Of a stretch of 64,000 nt of DNA, positions 8,820-17,353 are shown one piece after another (within the stretch, counting starts at the first letter, position 1; every line of letters starts with the position of its first letter). A model generated the notes under the pieces. That model was not told where the DNA came from, made no database searches, and saw only the letters and a list, made by a program, of their open reading frames with translations. The DNA is taken from NCBI GenBank assembly GCA_963675785.1, contig OY776562.1:992001-1056000 (forward strand), given 5' to 3'. The position numbers and the translations under genes were made by a program. Origin of the DNA: Anaerolineae bacterium (GTDB lineage: Bacteria; Chloroflexota; Anaerolineae; UBA1429).

Positions 8820-9872
8820 ATGGCACAGACGATGGACATGTTCACTTTTCTCCAACAACTGCTCAATACGCCCAGCCCCACGGGGTATCATCAAGAGGCC
8901 ATCGCTTTTGTGGCCGAGGCCATTGGCGCGCTTGAATTACCCGGCCTGACCATGGAGACCACGCCCAAAGGCGCCCTGGTGGTGACGGTGCCTGGCGCAT
9001 CCGAGGATGCGCCGCGAGCTTTGTCCGGGCATATCGACACGTTGGGGGCCATGGTACGCAATGTCAAGAGCAATGGTCGGCTCATGCTCACTCAGCTTGG
9101 CGGCTATGCCTGGCAGGCAGTGGAGGGCGAGAATGTCACCGTCCTCTCAGAGGCGACACTGGCGCGTTTTCGCGGCACTATCCAGACCGTGCATCCCAGC
9201 GTGCACACCAGCGATCAGATGAGCGACGGCAAGCGCACCGACGAGAACATCGAAGTGCGTTTGGATGTGCGCGTCAGTAGCGAAAAAGAGACGCGCGACC
9301 TGGGCATAGAGGTGGGCGATTGGGTTTTCCTCGATCCCCGGGTAGAGATGACCGAGACTGGCTATGTGAAGAGCAGGCATCTGGATGATAAGGCTGGTGT
9401 GGCGGTGATGTATGGCGTGTTGTTGGAATTGGCCAAGAGCGGCAAGATGCCTGCTCAGCGCGTCACCTTCTTTTTTTCCAATTACGAAGAGGTGGGCCAC
9501 GGTGCCTCGGCAGGTATTCCTGAGGATGTCGCTGAGTTGGTGGTGATTGATATGGCCGCCAGCACCACCGGCGAGAACCAAAACTCGGACGAGTATTCGG
9601 TGGGCATTTGCGCCAAAGATAGCTCTGGCCCTTATGATCGTGAGCTGCGCCGCAAGCTAGTAGCACTCTGCGGTGAGCATGACATCCCTTACCGCATCGA
9701 CACCTACCCGCGTTACGGGTCTGATGGCAGTGCTTTGCTGCGTGCTGGTGGCAATCTACGGGTGGGCCTCATTGGCCCCGGCGTTGATGCTAGCCATGCC
9801 TACGAACGCACCCACACTGATAGCTTGATCGCCTCTCGCGACCTTGCTCTAGCCTTTGTCATGGATCGCTGA
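8820..9872 (+). CDS. M42-family aminopeptidase
   Basis: SPTG, GHIDTLG, SRHLDDK, YEEVGHG, SHAYERTH metal-ligand motifs. Confidence 0.92.
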   Translation: MAQTMDMFTFLQQLLNTPSPTGYHQEAIAFVAEAIGALELPGLTMETTPKGALVVTVPGASEDAPRALSGHIDTLGAMVRNVKSNGRLMLTQLGGYAWQAVEGENVTVLSEATLARFRGTIQTVHPSVHTSDQMSDGKRTDENIEVRLDVRVSSEKETRDLGIEVGDWVFLDPRVEMTETGYVKSRHLDDKAGVAVMYGVLLELAKSGKMPAQRVTFFFSNYEEVGHGASAGIPEDVAELVVIDMAASTTGENQNSDEYSVGICAKDSSGPYDRELRRKLVALCGEHDIPYRIDTYPRYGSDGSALLRAGGNLRVGLIGPGVDASHAYERTHTDSLIASRDLALAFVMDR

Positions 9873-9887
9873 TTCAGGGGGATAGCG

Positions 9888-11534
9888 ATGAAGATAGTTG
9901 CAGCACAGTTGGATCCAATTGTTGGTGATGTGGCCGGCAACACCAAACGCTTACTCGATACCGTCTTCCAGCATCTTGATGAGGGAGACCTCTTTTGTTT
10001 TCCCGAGCTGTTTTTATGCGGCTATCCGCCCAAGGACTTGCTTGAGCGCCGTTGGTTTGTCGAGCAGGTTGAGCAAGCCGTACGGGATATCGTCGAATAT
10101 TCGCGTAAATGCGCAGGTAAGGGCATTCTGTTTGGGGCGCCCGTCTCCACGGCCCGCTCGGCCGGCAAAGGCCTCTACAATGCCGCTGTACTCGTATCTG
10201 AAGGCCGAATTTTAAGCATTGTCCCCAAGGCTTTGCTACCCACCTATGACGTGTTCGATGAGCTTCGCTATTTTGACTCTGCGGAGGATGTGCAGGTTGT
10301 AGAGTTTGGCGGCGAATGCTTGGGCATTAGTGTTTGTGAGGACGCCTGGACGGATCCCACGGCCTGGCCTGGGCGCCTGCCATATGCCCAGGATCCTATT
10401 GCGGCTCTTGCTGTACAAGGGGCCACGGTGATGATCAACATCTCGGCCTCCCCCTTCAATGTGGGCAAAGAAAACATCCGCTACAACCTCATTAGCCGAC
10501 ATGCAGCGCGCCACGGTGTGCCCTTTATCTATGTGAATCAGGTGGGCGGCAACGACGAACTCATCTTTGATGGGCGCAGCCTGGCTGTAGACAGCAAGGG
10601 CGCTCCTGTCGCTGTGTTTCCCTCGTTTACCGAAAGTGTTCAAGTGATCGACACTGAGGCAGTGGGCGAGAAAGGCTCGTACAGGGCTGAGGAAGAGATT
10701 GCCACCGTCTGCAAGGCGCTTGAATTGGGCCTGCGCGATTATGCCAGCAAGACGGGTTTTACGCAGGCGGTGATCGGCCTCTCTGGCGGCATCGATTCTT
10801 CTGTGACTTGCGCGGTGGCGGCACGAGCCCTGGGGCCAGAGAATATTCTGGGCATCAGCCTGCCTTCGCGCTATTCGTCACAGGGTAGTTTGGATGACGC
10901 TCGCGGCCTGGCCGAGAACTTGGGCATTGACTATCGCGTGGTCAACATAGACGATATTTATGCAGCTTATCTTACTGAGCTGGCGCCGCATTTTGCTGGC
11001 ACCCAACCCGATACCGCCGAGGAAAACATCCAGGCGCGCATTCGCGGCAATATCTGGATGGCTTTTTCCAACAAGTTCGGCTATCTGCCGCTTTCGGCGG
11101 GCAACAAGAGCGAACTGGCTGTTGGCTATTGCACGCTCTATGGCGACATGAGCGGTGGCTTGGGCGTCATTGCCGATGTGCCCAAGATGATGGTCTATGA
11201 GCTGGCGCGGTACATCAACCGCGAAGGCGAGATCATTCCGGAGAACTGTCTGAAAAAGGCGCCATCTGCCGAACTCAGACCTGATCAGACCGACCAGGAT
11301 ACCCTGCCGCCATATCCCATTTTGGATGCTATTCTTGAGCTCTACGTCGAAGATGCGCTTTGTATCGAAGAGATTGCCGAGCGCGGTTACGATATGGAGA
11401 CGGTCAAGTGGGTTGCCCGACGTGTGGATCGCAACGAATTCAAGCGTCAGCAGGCGGCCCCCGGCCTTCGTGTTACCAGCAAAGCTTTTGGCTTTGGCCG
11501 ACGCATGCCCATTGCCGCGCGCTTCAGGGCTTAG
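9888..11534 (+). CDS. nadE: glutamine-dependent NAD+ synthetase
   Basis: Nitrilase domain (FPELFLCGYPP, K..LPTYDVFDE, VCEDAW) plus synthetase domain (GLSGGIDS, ENIQARIR, NKSELAVGYCTLYGD, PSAELRPDQ). Confidence 0.96.
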   Translation: MKIVAAQLDPIVGDVAGNTKRLLDTVFQHLDEGDLFCFPELFLCGYPPKDLLERRWFVEQVEQAVRDIVEYSRKCAGKGILFGAPVSTARSAGKGLYNAAVLVSEGRILSIVPKALLPTYDVFDELRYFDSAEDVQVVEFGGECLGISVCEDAWTDPTAWPGRLPYAQDPIAALAVQGATVMINISASPFNVGKENIRYNLISRHAARHGVPFIYVNQVGGNDELIFDGRSLAVDSKGAPVAVFPSFTESVQVIDTEAVGEKGSYRAEEEIATVCKALELGLRDYASKTGFTQAVIGLSGGIDSSVTCAVAARALGPENILGISLPSRYSSQGSLDDARGLAENLGIDYRVVNIDDIYAAYLTELAPHFAGTQPDTAEENIQARIRGNIWMAFSNKFGYLPLSAGNKSELAVGYCTLYGDMSGGLGVIADVPKMMVYELARYINREGEIIPENCLKKAPSAELRPDQTDQDTLPPYPILDAILELYVEDALCIEEIAERGYDMETVKWVARRVDRNEFKRQQAAPGLRVTSKAFGFGRRMPIAARFRA

Positions 11535-11547
11535 AGGAAGAGATACA

Positions 11548-12591
11548 ATGTCGGACGTTTATCATAGTTTGACCCGTGACGAGGTGGCTGCGGCCATCGA
11601 ACGCAAGAATCCACCGCGTGTGCCCATGATTCGTTGCAAGTGGTGGGGCGAAGGGCTACGCGAACAGTACGGCAGTGATTTGGATGAACTGGAAAAGTAT
11701 CCTGAGGATTGCGGCTGGCTGTGGCTGGACCCCATCGATTACAAGGCTATGAACCTGCCCTGGGACTGGGAGGCTTCTGGCGCTCACGACAGCCGGGTGG
11801 TTCTGGATGACTGGAATAAGCTGGACGCGTTTATCGAGCGTTTGCCTGATCCCTGGACGGATTCGCGTTTTGGCGACCTCGTGACTCTCGCCGAACAATA
11901 TCGCGCTGAGGATCGCTATATCATGTTCGGCTGGTGGCGACTCTTTTTCGAACGCCCTTGGGCCATCCGTGGCATGAGCTCTTTGATGATGGACTATTAC
12001 CTGGAGCCGGATAACGTCCACCGCCTGCACGAGGCGCTCTGCAAGGTTTATTGCGGCTATATCGAGCGGGCTGCCGCCGAGCTTCACCCCGATGGTTTTT
12101 GGACCAGTGATGACCTGGGGCATCAGACGCAGTTGATGATGCCGCCCAAGGTGTTCCGCAAGTTTCTCAAGCCCTATTACCAGCGGGTAGGTGAGGTGGT
12201 GCATAACCACAATTTGCATTGGTGGCTGCATTCTTGCGGCAATAACACGGAAATCCTTGGCGATCTCATTGAGGTGGGATTGAACGTATTTCACCCCGTG
12301 CAAAAGGGAACCATGGATATGGTTGCTGTGGTCGCCGAATACGGCGACCGACTGACCTTTTTGGCTGGCCTGGATGTTCAACATGCCCTTCAAGAACTCG
12401 ATCCGGAGGGTGTTCGGGCTGAGGTGCGCTGGCTCGTCGATACCTTTGATCGGCCCGATGGCGGCATGTGCATCGCGGCAGGGAACGGCATTGTGGCCGG
12501 CACGCCCTTGGAGAACATTCGAGCTTTTCTCGATGAGGCTTTTTACTATGGCGCCCGTAACGGTTTGCGTAACGAGCGCATTAGCAAGTAA
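11548..12591 (+). CDS. uroporphyrinogen decarboxylase / MtaA-CmuA superfamily protein
   Basis: SDDLGHQ..MMPP, LHSCGN, GLDVQ, PLENIRAF motifs; start at MSDVY after an AGAGG RBS. Confidence 0.85.
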   Translation: MSDVYHSLTRDEVAAAIERKNPPRVPMIRCKWWGEGLREQYGSDLDELEKYPEDCGWLWLDPIDYKAMNLPWDWEASGAHDSRVVLDDWNKLDAFIERLPDPWTDSRFGDLVTLAEQYRAEDRYIMFGWWRLFFERPWAIRGMSSLMMDYYLEPDNVHRLHEALCKVYCGYIERAAAELHPDGFWTSDDLGHQTQLMMPPKVFRKFLKPYYQRVGEVVHNHNLHWWLHSCGNNTEILGDLIEVGLNVFHPVQKGTMDMVAVVAEYGDRLTFLAGLDVQHALQELDPEGVRAEVRWLVDTFDRPDGGMCIAAGNGIVAGTPLENIRAFLDEAFYYGARNGLRNERISK

Positions 12592-12604
12592 TCGGGGTGA
12601 CGCT

Positions 12605-13543
12605 TTGAGCGAGTGGATCACAGAAAACATGGGCATTAGCCACGACGTGCAGATGAGTATTCTGGCGACGGTCATTATCCTGATCGTGCTGTTTTTGCTG
12701 CGCAGGGCGGCCAAGCGTCTGGTGATGAACAAAGTAGAGGATGCTCGTTTGCGCTATCGCTGGTTCAAGGGCGTTAGCTATGCGGCTTATGCCCTGGCCT
12801 TTATCGGCATTGGCAGTGTCTGGCTCAAGGGCATTGGTTCTTTGGCTACCTATTTAGGACTGGCTTCGGCTGGTTTAGCCATTGCTCTGCAAAACCTGGT
12901 GCTCGATCTGGCCGGCTGGTTCTACCTGGTGTCGCGTCGGCCATTTGAAGTGGGCGATCGCATTCAGGTGGGAGAGCATATCGGGGATGTGGTCGACATC
13001 GGTGCCTTTACATTCACCTTGCTCGAAGTAGGTCACTGGGTACAGGCTGATCAGAGCAGCGGTCGCGTCATCCATGTGCCCAATGGGGTTGTCTTTGATT
13101 CGCCCGTAACCAGCTACACCAAGGGATTTCGCTATTTGTGGGATGAACTGCCCGTGCTGGTAACCTTTGAGAGCAACTGGCAGGCTGCCAAGGAAATCTT
13201 GATGGATATTGTCTGCGAAAAGGCGCGGGAGGTCAGCGAGCAGGCCCGCGTGCGTTCTTACGAGCGACAGGCTGACATGATGATCTATTATGGCACATTC
13301 GATCCGACCGTCTATACCAGCGTGGCCGATAGCGGTGTTGTGTTGACCATGCGCTTTCTCTGCGAGCCGCGCCGCCGCCGCGACTTGGAGCAGAGCATCT
13401 GGGAGGCGGTGTTGATCGCCTTTGCCGATAGGGATGATATCGACTTTGCTTATCCCACAGTGCGGCACTATGACAATCAGTCCGAAGGCAAGCTCGGAGC
13501 ACGGGCCGATTCCGAATTCGCCATGGGCGATCTGCCATTCTAG
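12605..13543 (+). CDS. small-conductance mechanosensitive channel (MscS family)
   Basis: LGLASAGLAIALQ, RPFEVGDRI, GDVVDIG, IHVPN, IDFAYP; start codon uncertain (12605 TTG or 12629 ATG). Confidence 0.88.
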   Translation: MSEWITENMGISHDVQMSILATVIILIVLFLLRRAAKRLVMNKVEDARLRYRWFKGVSYAAYALAFIGIGSVWLKGIGSLATYLGLASAGLAIALQNLVLDLAGWFYLVSRRPFEVGDRIQVGEHIGDVVDIGAFTFTLLEVGHWVQADQSSGRVIHVPNGVVFDSPVTSYTKGFRYLWDELPVLVTFESNWQAAKEILMDIVCEKAREVSEQARVRSYERQADMMIYYGTFDPTVYTSVADSGVVLTMRFLCEPRRRRDLEQSIWEAVLIAFADRDDIDFAYPTVRHYDNQSEGKLGARADSEFAMGDLPF

Positions 13544-13579
13544 CCCTATCCGCGACAGCATTCAGACAAGGGAGGCAGC

Positions 13580-14128
13580 ATGCAAGTCCTTGAGGCCATT
13601 TTCAATCGCCGTAGTGTGCGCAAGTTTACCGAGGAACCAGTCAGTACGACAGATATCCGTATGCTCATGGAGGCGGCCATGGCGGCGCCCTCTGCCATGA
13701 ATCGCCAGCCCTGGGAATTTGTGGTAATCACCGAAGCCGACCAACTCAAGGCCTTGCGCCACAAGCTGCGTTTGGGGCGTTACGAAGCCCCTTTGGGCAT
13801 TGTAGTTTGCGGTAATATGCGCCGTACAGTGCCGGGGCCTCCTCGCGATTTCTGGATTCAGGATGTTAGCGCGGCGGCTGAGAATGTTCTGTTGGCAGCC
13901 GTAGAACTGGGCCTAGGTGGTGTGTGGATTGGCGTGCATCCTATCGGTCTCTTTAGCAAGGGGGTCAGCGAGGTGCTCGATTTGCCTAAACATATCGAGC
14001 CTCTGGGGTTGTTGTGGCTGGGGCATCCTGCTGAGAGCCCCGAGCCGCGAACGCAGTACAAAGAAGAATACGTACACTGGCAGCGCTACAAGGGCGAAGT
14101 AGATGTAGATGGCACCCCAGAGATTTGA
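13580..14128 (+). CDS. nitroreductase-family protein
   Basis: RRSVRKF, APSAMNRQPW, LGLGGVW. Confidence 0.92.
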   Translation: MQVLEAIFNRRSVRKFTEEPVSTTDIRMLMEAAMAAPSAMNRQPWEFVVITEADQLKALRHKLRLGRYEAPLGIVVCGNMRRTVPGPPRDFWIQDVSAAAENVLLAAVELGLGGVWIGVHPIGLFSKGVSEVLDLPKHIEPLGLLWLGHPAESPEPRTQYKEEYVHWQRYKGEVDVDGTPEI

Positions 14129-14168
14129 CGCCCAAAGGCTGCTGTGTTATAGTTTCCCTCGTCATTGT

Positions 14169-14244
14169 GGCCCCATCGTCTAGTGGCCTAGGACACAGCC
14201 CTTTCAAGGCTGCGGCCGGGATTCGAATTCCCGTGGGGCTACCA
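14169..14244 (+). tRNA. tRNA-Glu (anticodon UUC)
   Basis: Acceptor GGCCCCA/TGGGGCT, D arm GTCTAGTGGCCTAGGAC, anticodon arm CAGCC-CTTTCAA-GGCTG, T-loop TTCGAAT, encoded CCA. Confidence 0.95.
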
Positions 14245-14246
14245 AG

Positions 14247-14280
14247 AAAAGAGCCAGGCATTTGCCTGGCTCTTTTTGTT
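14247..14280. terminator. bidirectional intrinsic terminator
   Basis: AAAAGAGCCAGGCA-TT-TGCCTGGCTCTTTTT between the tRNA and a convergent CDS. Confidence 0.85.
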
Positions 14281-14287
14281 TACATGA

Positions 14288-15952
14288 CTATTTTGCGCTG
14301 CTATCAGGAAAGAAGCACAAGCGTTTGCCCGTACTATCGGCAGCAATAACCTCTTCGCCCCGCCAGGTGAAGCGCAGCTTGTGCCCACGAAACGTATAGG
14401 TGCGAACTTGCTCCTCAAAGGGTAAGGCGATATCGATGGTGTTGCCTGGTTGCGTGCCTACCAGGTACAGCCATTCCCCTGCTTGGTAGCTCTCACAACC
14501 ATTGACTCGGATGCCCTCTCTGTTGGTGTTGCCAGGGATGCGCATACGGATGTGGCAGGGTTGCTGCACGGTGATAGAGGCTTGGCCGTCGCGATCGTAA
14601 GGGTTGCGGAATCGAAGGAACTCGTTCTCGCAATCAAACAACAAATTGATACTCACTCCATCTGGGCCCCATTGGGTGAGGCTGCGGCGTAGAACCTCGC
14701 ACAATCCCCCCACAGCGCCGCCCGTGATATCCCAGTTGAAAGAGATTCTGCTGCCTGGCGAATCCTCGTGGCCCAACGGTGTGGGAAAGCCAAAGGCACC
14801 ATATACCCTCCAGGCCATGCGCGAAGTGCGCTCATCAGGGCCATCGTCGTTGGGGATAAAGCTAGTGTCCAACGCTTGAGAAGGTAAAAAATGCCCGCGC
14901 AGAATGCGCTCCGCACGAGCGTAATATCCCTCAAAACCAACCCCGCCCAAGCATAAGCAGGCTTCCATGATGTCGCTGGTGTTGTTGACCTCGCCGACCA
15001 GATCTTGGCGCTGGTCTCCTTCAAGGCACCAACCGAAATCGAGGGCTATCTCTTGAAGGCCATTCTCCATAAAGGCAACGAGCCGCTGCATGATGGCCTC
15101 GTCATGCACTACCTCGCCCAATTGCGCCAGAGATGAGAGCATGGCCGTAACCGAGTGGGTATGGGCTCCCAGTCTTGCGGCCGTGTAGGAATTGTCTGCG
15201 GGAAGGACCTGTGTAATACAGGCTTCTTTCAGCTGCAGAGCCTGTTGCAATGCCGGCTCATAACTGGTGGCACGGTACAGTTTGACCAACGGGCCAATAT
15301 AGCGACCAAAGGTGCGAGCGAACAAGGGAACGCCCATGCGCTTTTGAACTTCTTGTTGGGGCAGATCAGGATCGATCCCCATACTGCGCCGCATAGAGCT
15401 ATTGGGTGTATAGTATTGTTCCTCAGCCCCTGTGTCAGCGTGAAAGGTATCATAACGAAAAGCACAGGTTTGCGGGTCAAAGTAGCGGTTCACGCTGTCG
15501 ATCAGTGTCTTGGCGAGTTCAAAGGCGTGTTCGTCCTGGCGATAAGCGACAAGGGCGAACAGGGCGTGCATACTCTCACGCATGTTGTGCAGGTCAATGC
15601 GGCGGATAGGTTGGAGGGTTTGTAAATCTAGCATAGCTGGAAAGCCGAGATTCTCGCTTTCGTAAGAGCGATAGGTCCAGGTACGCAGGGCCTCGATGCA
15701 AGCCTCGTCGACTTTCACATCCAGTACATCTTGAGCGTTCAGCAAGGCGTTGAGCCAACGCCCTGGCACATGCGACATGCTATAGCTCGCATGGTGTGCG
15801 TCCCCAAAATCTTGAGGCGATACGATGTTCTGAAAGTAGGGCAGATTGTCGTGAGCGCTATCGTAATTCCGCTGCATTGGCAGCACACCGGCTTGGATAG
15901 CTTTTTTAGGATCGCGTTGATTGACAGTAACGTATTTGCTGTACTCGGTCAT
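14288..15952 (-). CDS. uncharacterised protein, probable (alpha/alpha)6 glycoside hydrolase (GH127/146-like architecture)
   Basis: Start at MTEYSK after AAGGAG. Helical core with LVKLYRAT..ALQQA and HTHS, C-terminal beta domain (SINLLF, IRMRIP). Family assignment is weak. Confidence 0.55.
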   Translation of the reverse strand: MTEYSKYVTVNQRDPKKAIQAGVLPMQRNYDSAHDNLPYFQNIVSPQDFGDAHHASYSMSHVPGRWLNALLNAQDVLDVKVDEACIEALRTWTYRSYESENLGFPAMLDLQTLQPIRRIDLHNMRESMHALFALVAYRQDEHAFELAKTLIDSVNRYFDPQTCAFRYDTFHADTGAEEQYYTPNSSMRRSMGIDPDLPQQEVQKRMGVPLFARTFGRYIGPLVKLYRATSYEPALQQALQLKEACITQVLPADNSYTAARLGAHTHSVTAMLSSLAQLGEVVHDEAIMQRLVAFMENGLQEIALDFGWCLEGDQRQDLVGEVNNTSDIMEACLCLGGVGFEGYYARAERILRGHFLPSQALDTSFIPNDDGPDERTSRMAWRVYGAFGFPTPLGHEDSPGSRISFNWDITGGAVGGLCEVLRRSLTQWGPDGVSINLLFDCENEFLRFRNPYDRDGQASITVQQPCHIRMRIPGNTNREGIRVNGCESYQAGEWLYLVGTQPGNTIDIALPFEEQVRTYTFRGHKLRFTWRGEEVIAADSTGKRLCFFPDSSAK

Positions 15953-16253
15953 GGACGTGTAGGCTCCTTGGATGAGATCATTTTCATAGGTTGCCACGCT
16001 TTTGTGCGTCTGTAAAGAGAAGCGGAAGAGAATCTGCGGCTGACAGAGCAAAGTGGACTTGCCTAAACTCATGACTTCTGGCACATATTTTGGGGACGTT
16101 TGGCACTGGCCAAGCATATAATTGAAGAGTACGTTAACGAAGCTGGCTATAGGGCTAAGTAGATGTAGGGCTGAGTAGATGTGGGTCGCAGCGCTTACTT
16201 GGCTTTTTTGTATGGCGTCACAGGGGAAAAAGCGGATTCTCAAGGAGAGTAGG

Positions 16254-17123
16254 ATGCAAATTGTAACAGACAGTGGGACTGATGTAACGCTGCCTCCTGA
16301 TCAAATAGCCGCACTAGATATTCACATAGTGCCTCTTGTTGTAACTCTTGAAGGCAAATCCTATCGCGAAGGAATAGATATTCGCCCGGAAGAGTTTTAC
16401 AAACTGCTGGTTGAAACGAACAGCCTGCCCATTACCTCACAGCCGTCGGTTGGAGATTTTGCCGAGGTGTATCGCCAACTCGCAGTCACCGATCCAGACA
16501 TACTATCCATCCATATCTCTTCAGGCTTGAGCGGCACCTATAATTCTGCGCGAGCGGCGGCCGAGATGGTACCTGAGGCGAACATCACACATGTGGACAC
16601 CAAAACTCTGTCGGTAGTGGCAGGATGGCAAGTTGAGGCAGCGGCTCGTGCAGTAAAGGCGGGATGGCCCAAAGAGCAGATATTGGCGTTGGTTGAACGT
16701 ATTAGCGCCGCCAGCGAGACCATGTACACACTGGACGAGCTCAAGTATTTGATAAATGGTGGACGCATCAGCCATATGAAAGGGCTGGTTGCCTCGGTGT
16801 TGCGGCTCAAGCCGCTCATTGGGGTGGAAAAAGTGAATGGGACCTATGTGCAGCTTAGCCTGATGCGTACGTTCCGGGGAGCGATCAAGGGATTGGTGGA
16901 GCAGATAACACGCCAACATGCGCCGGGTAGCGCTTTGCGTGTTCAAATAGTCCATGGACAAAATCCCGAGGGCGCAGCTCTGCTGCGTGAGCAGATTGCC
17001 CAGCAATTCAAGTGTACTTGGTTGCCTACGAGTCCCTTGTCATTGGTATTAGGCGCCCATACTGGCCCAAGCATGATAGGCGTTGCTTTTGCGCCGGTAG
17101 CGGCTTTTTCGGACTTGCCATAG
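16254..17123 (+). CDS. DegV-family fatty-acid-binding protein
   Basis: IVTDS, TSQPS, ISSGLSGTYNSA, GGRI, GAHTGP. Confidence 0.93.
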   Translation: MQIVTDSGTDVTLPPDQIAALDIHIVPLVVTLEGKSYREGIDIRPEEFYKLLVETNSLPITSQPSVGDFAEVYRQLAVTDPDILSIHISSGLSGTYNSARAAAEMVPEANITHVDTKTLSVVAGWQVEAAARAVKAGWPKEQILALVERISAASETMYTLDELKYLINGGRISHMKGLVASVLRLKPLIGVEKVNGTYVQLSLMRTFRGAIKGLVEQITRQHAPGSALRVQIVHGQNPEGAALLREQIAQQFKCTWLPTSPLSLVLGAHTGPSMIGVAFAPVAAFSDLP

Positions 17124-17258
17124 GCGAGCTCGTGCTCATATCCTGTATGATGTGCGAGGCAGATGCACCTCTCGGTTTGCGTACGTGGATTGAGCCAGCC
17201 TGAGCAGTGAATCGTCGCTCACTGCGTATGCGGCGGGCCCTCTGATACATGGATATAT

Positions 17259-17309
17259 ATGGTGATGTGGACATGCAGCGTTGCATGAAGCACATCACCA
17301 TTTGCTTTT
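17259..17309 (+). terminator. probable terminator hairpin after degV
   Basis: ATGGTGATGTG..ATGCA/TGCAT..CACATCACCAT followed by TTGCTTTT. Confidence 0.55.
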
Positions 17310-17353
17310 CCCCTTGACACATCCCCCTCCAACTCTTAACCTCTACTGCGGAG

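Noticed and set aside
15953-16253. N-terminal extensions of the 14288 ORF (to 16243) and degV (from 16179)
   Set aside because: They would overlap head-to-head; both genes have good RBS-linked internal starts (15952 and 16254).
14169-17340. Genomic island integrated at tRNA-Glu
   Set aside because: No integrase and no duplicated tRNA 3' end (att site) seen; neighbours are ordinary metabolic genes.
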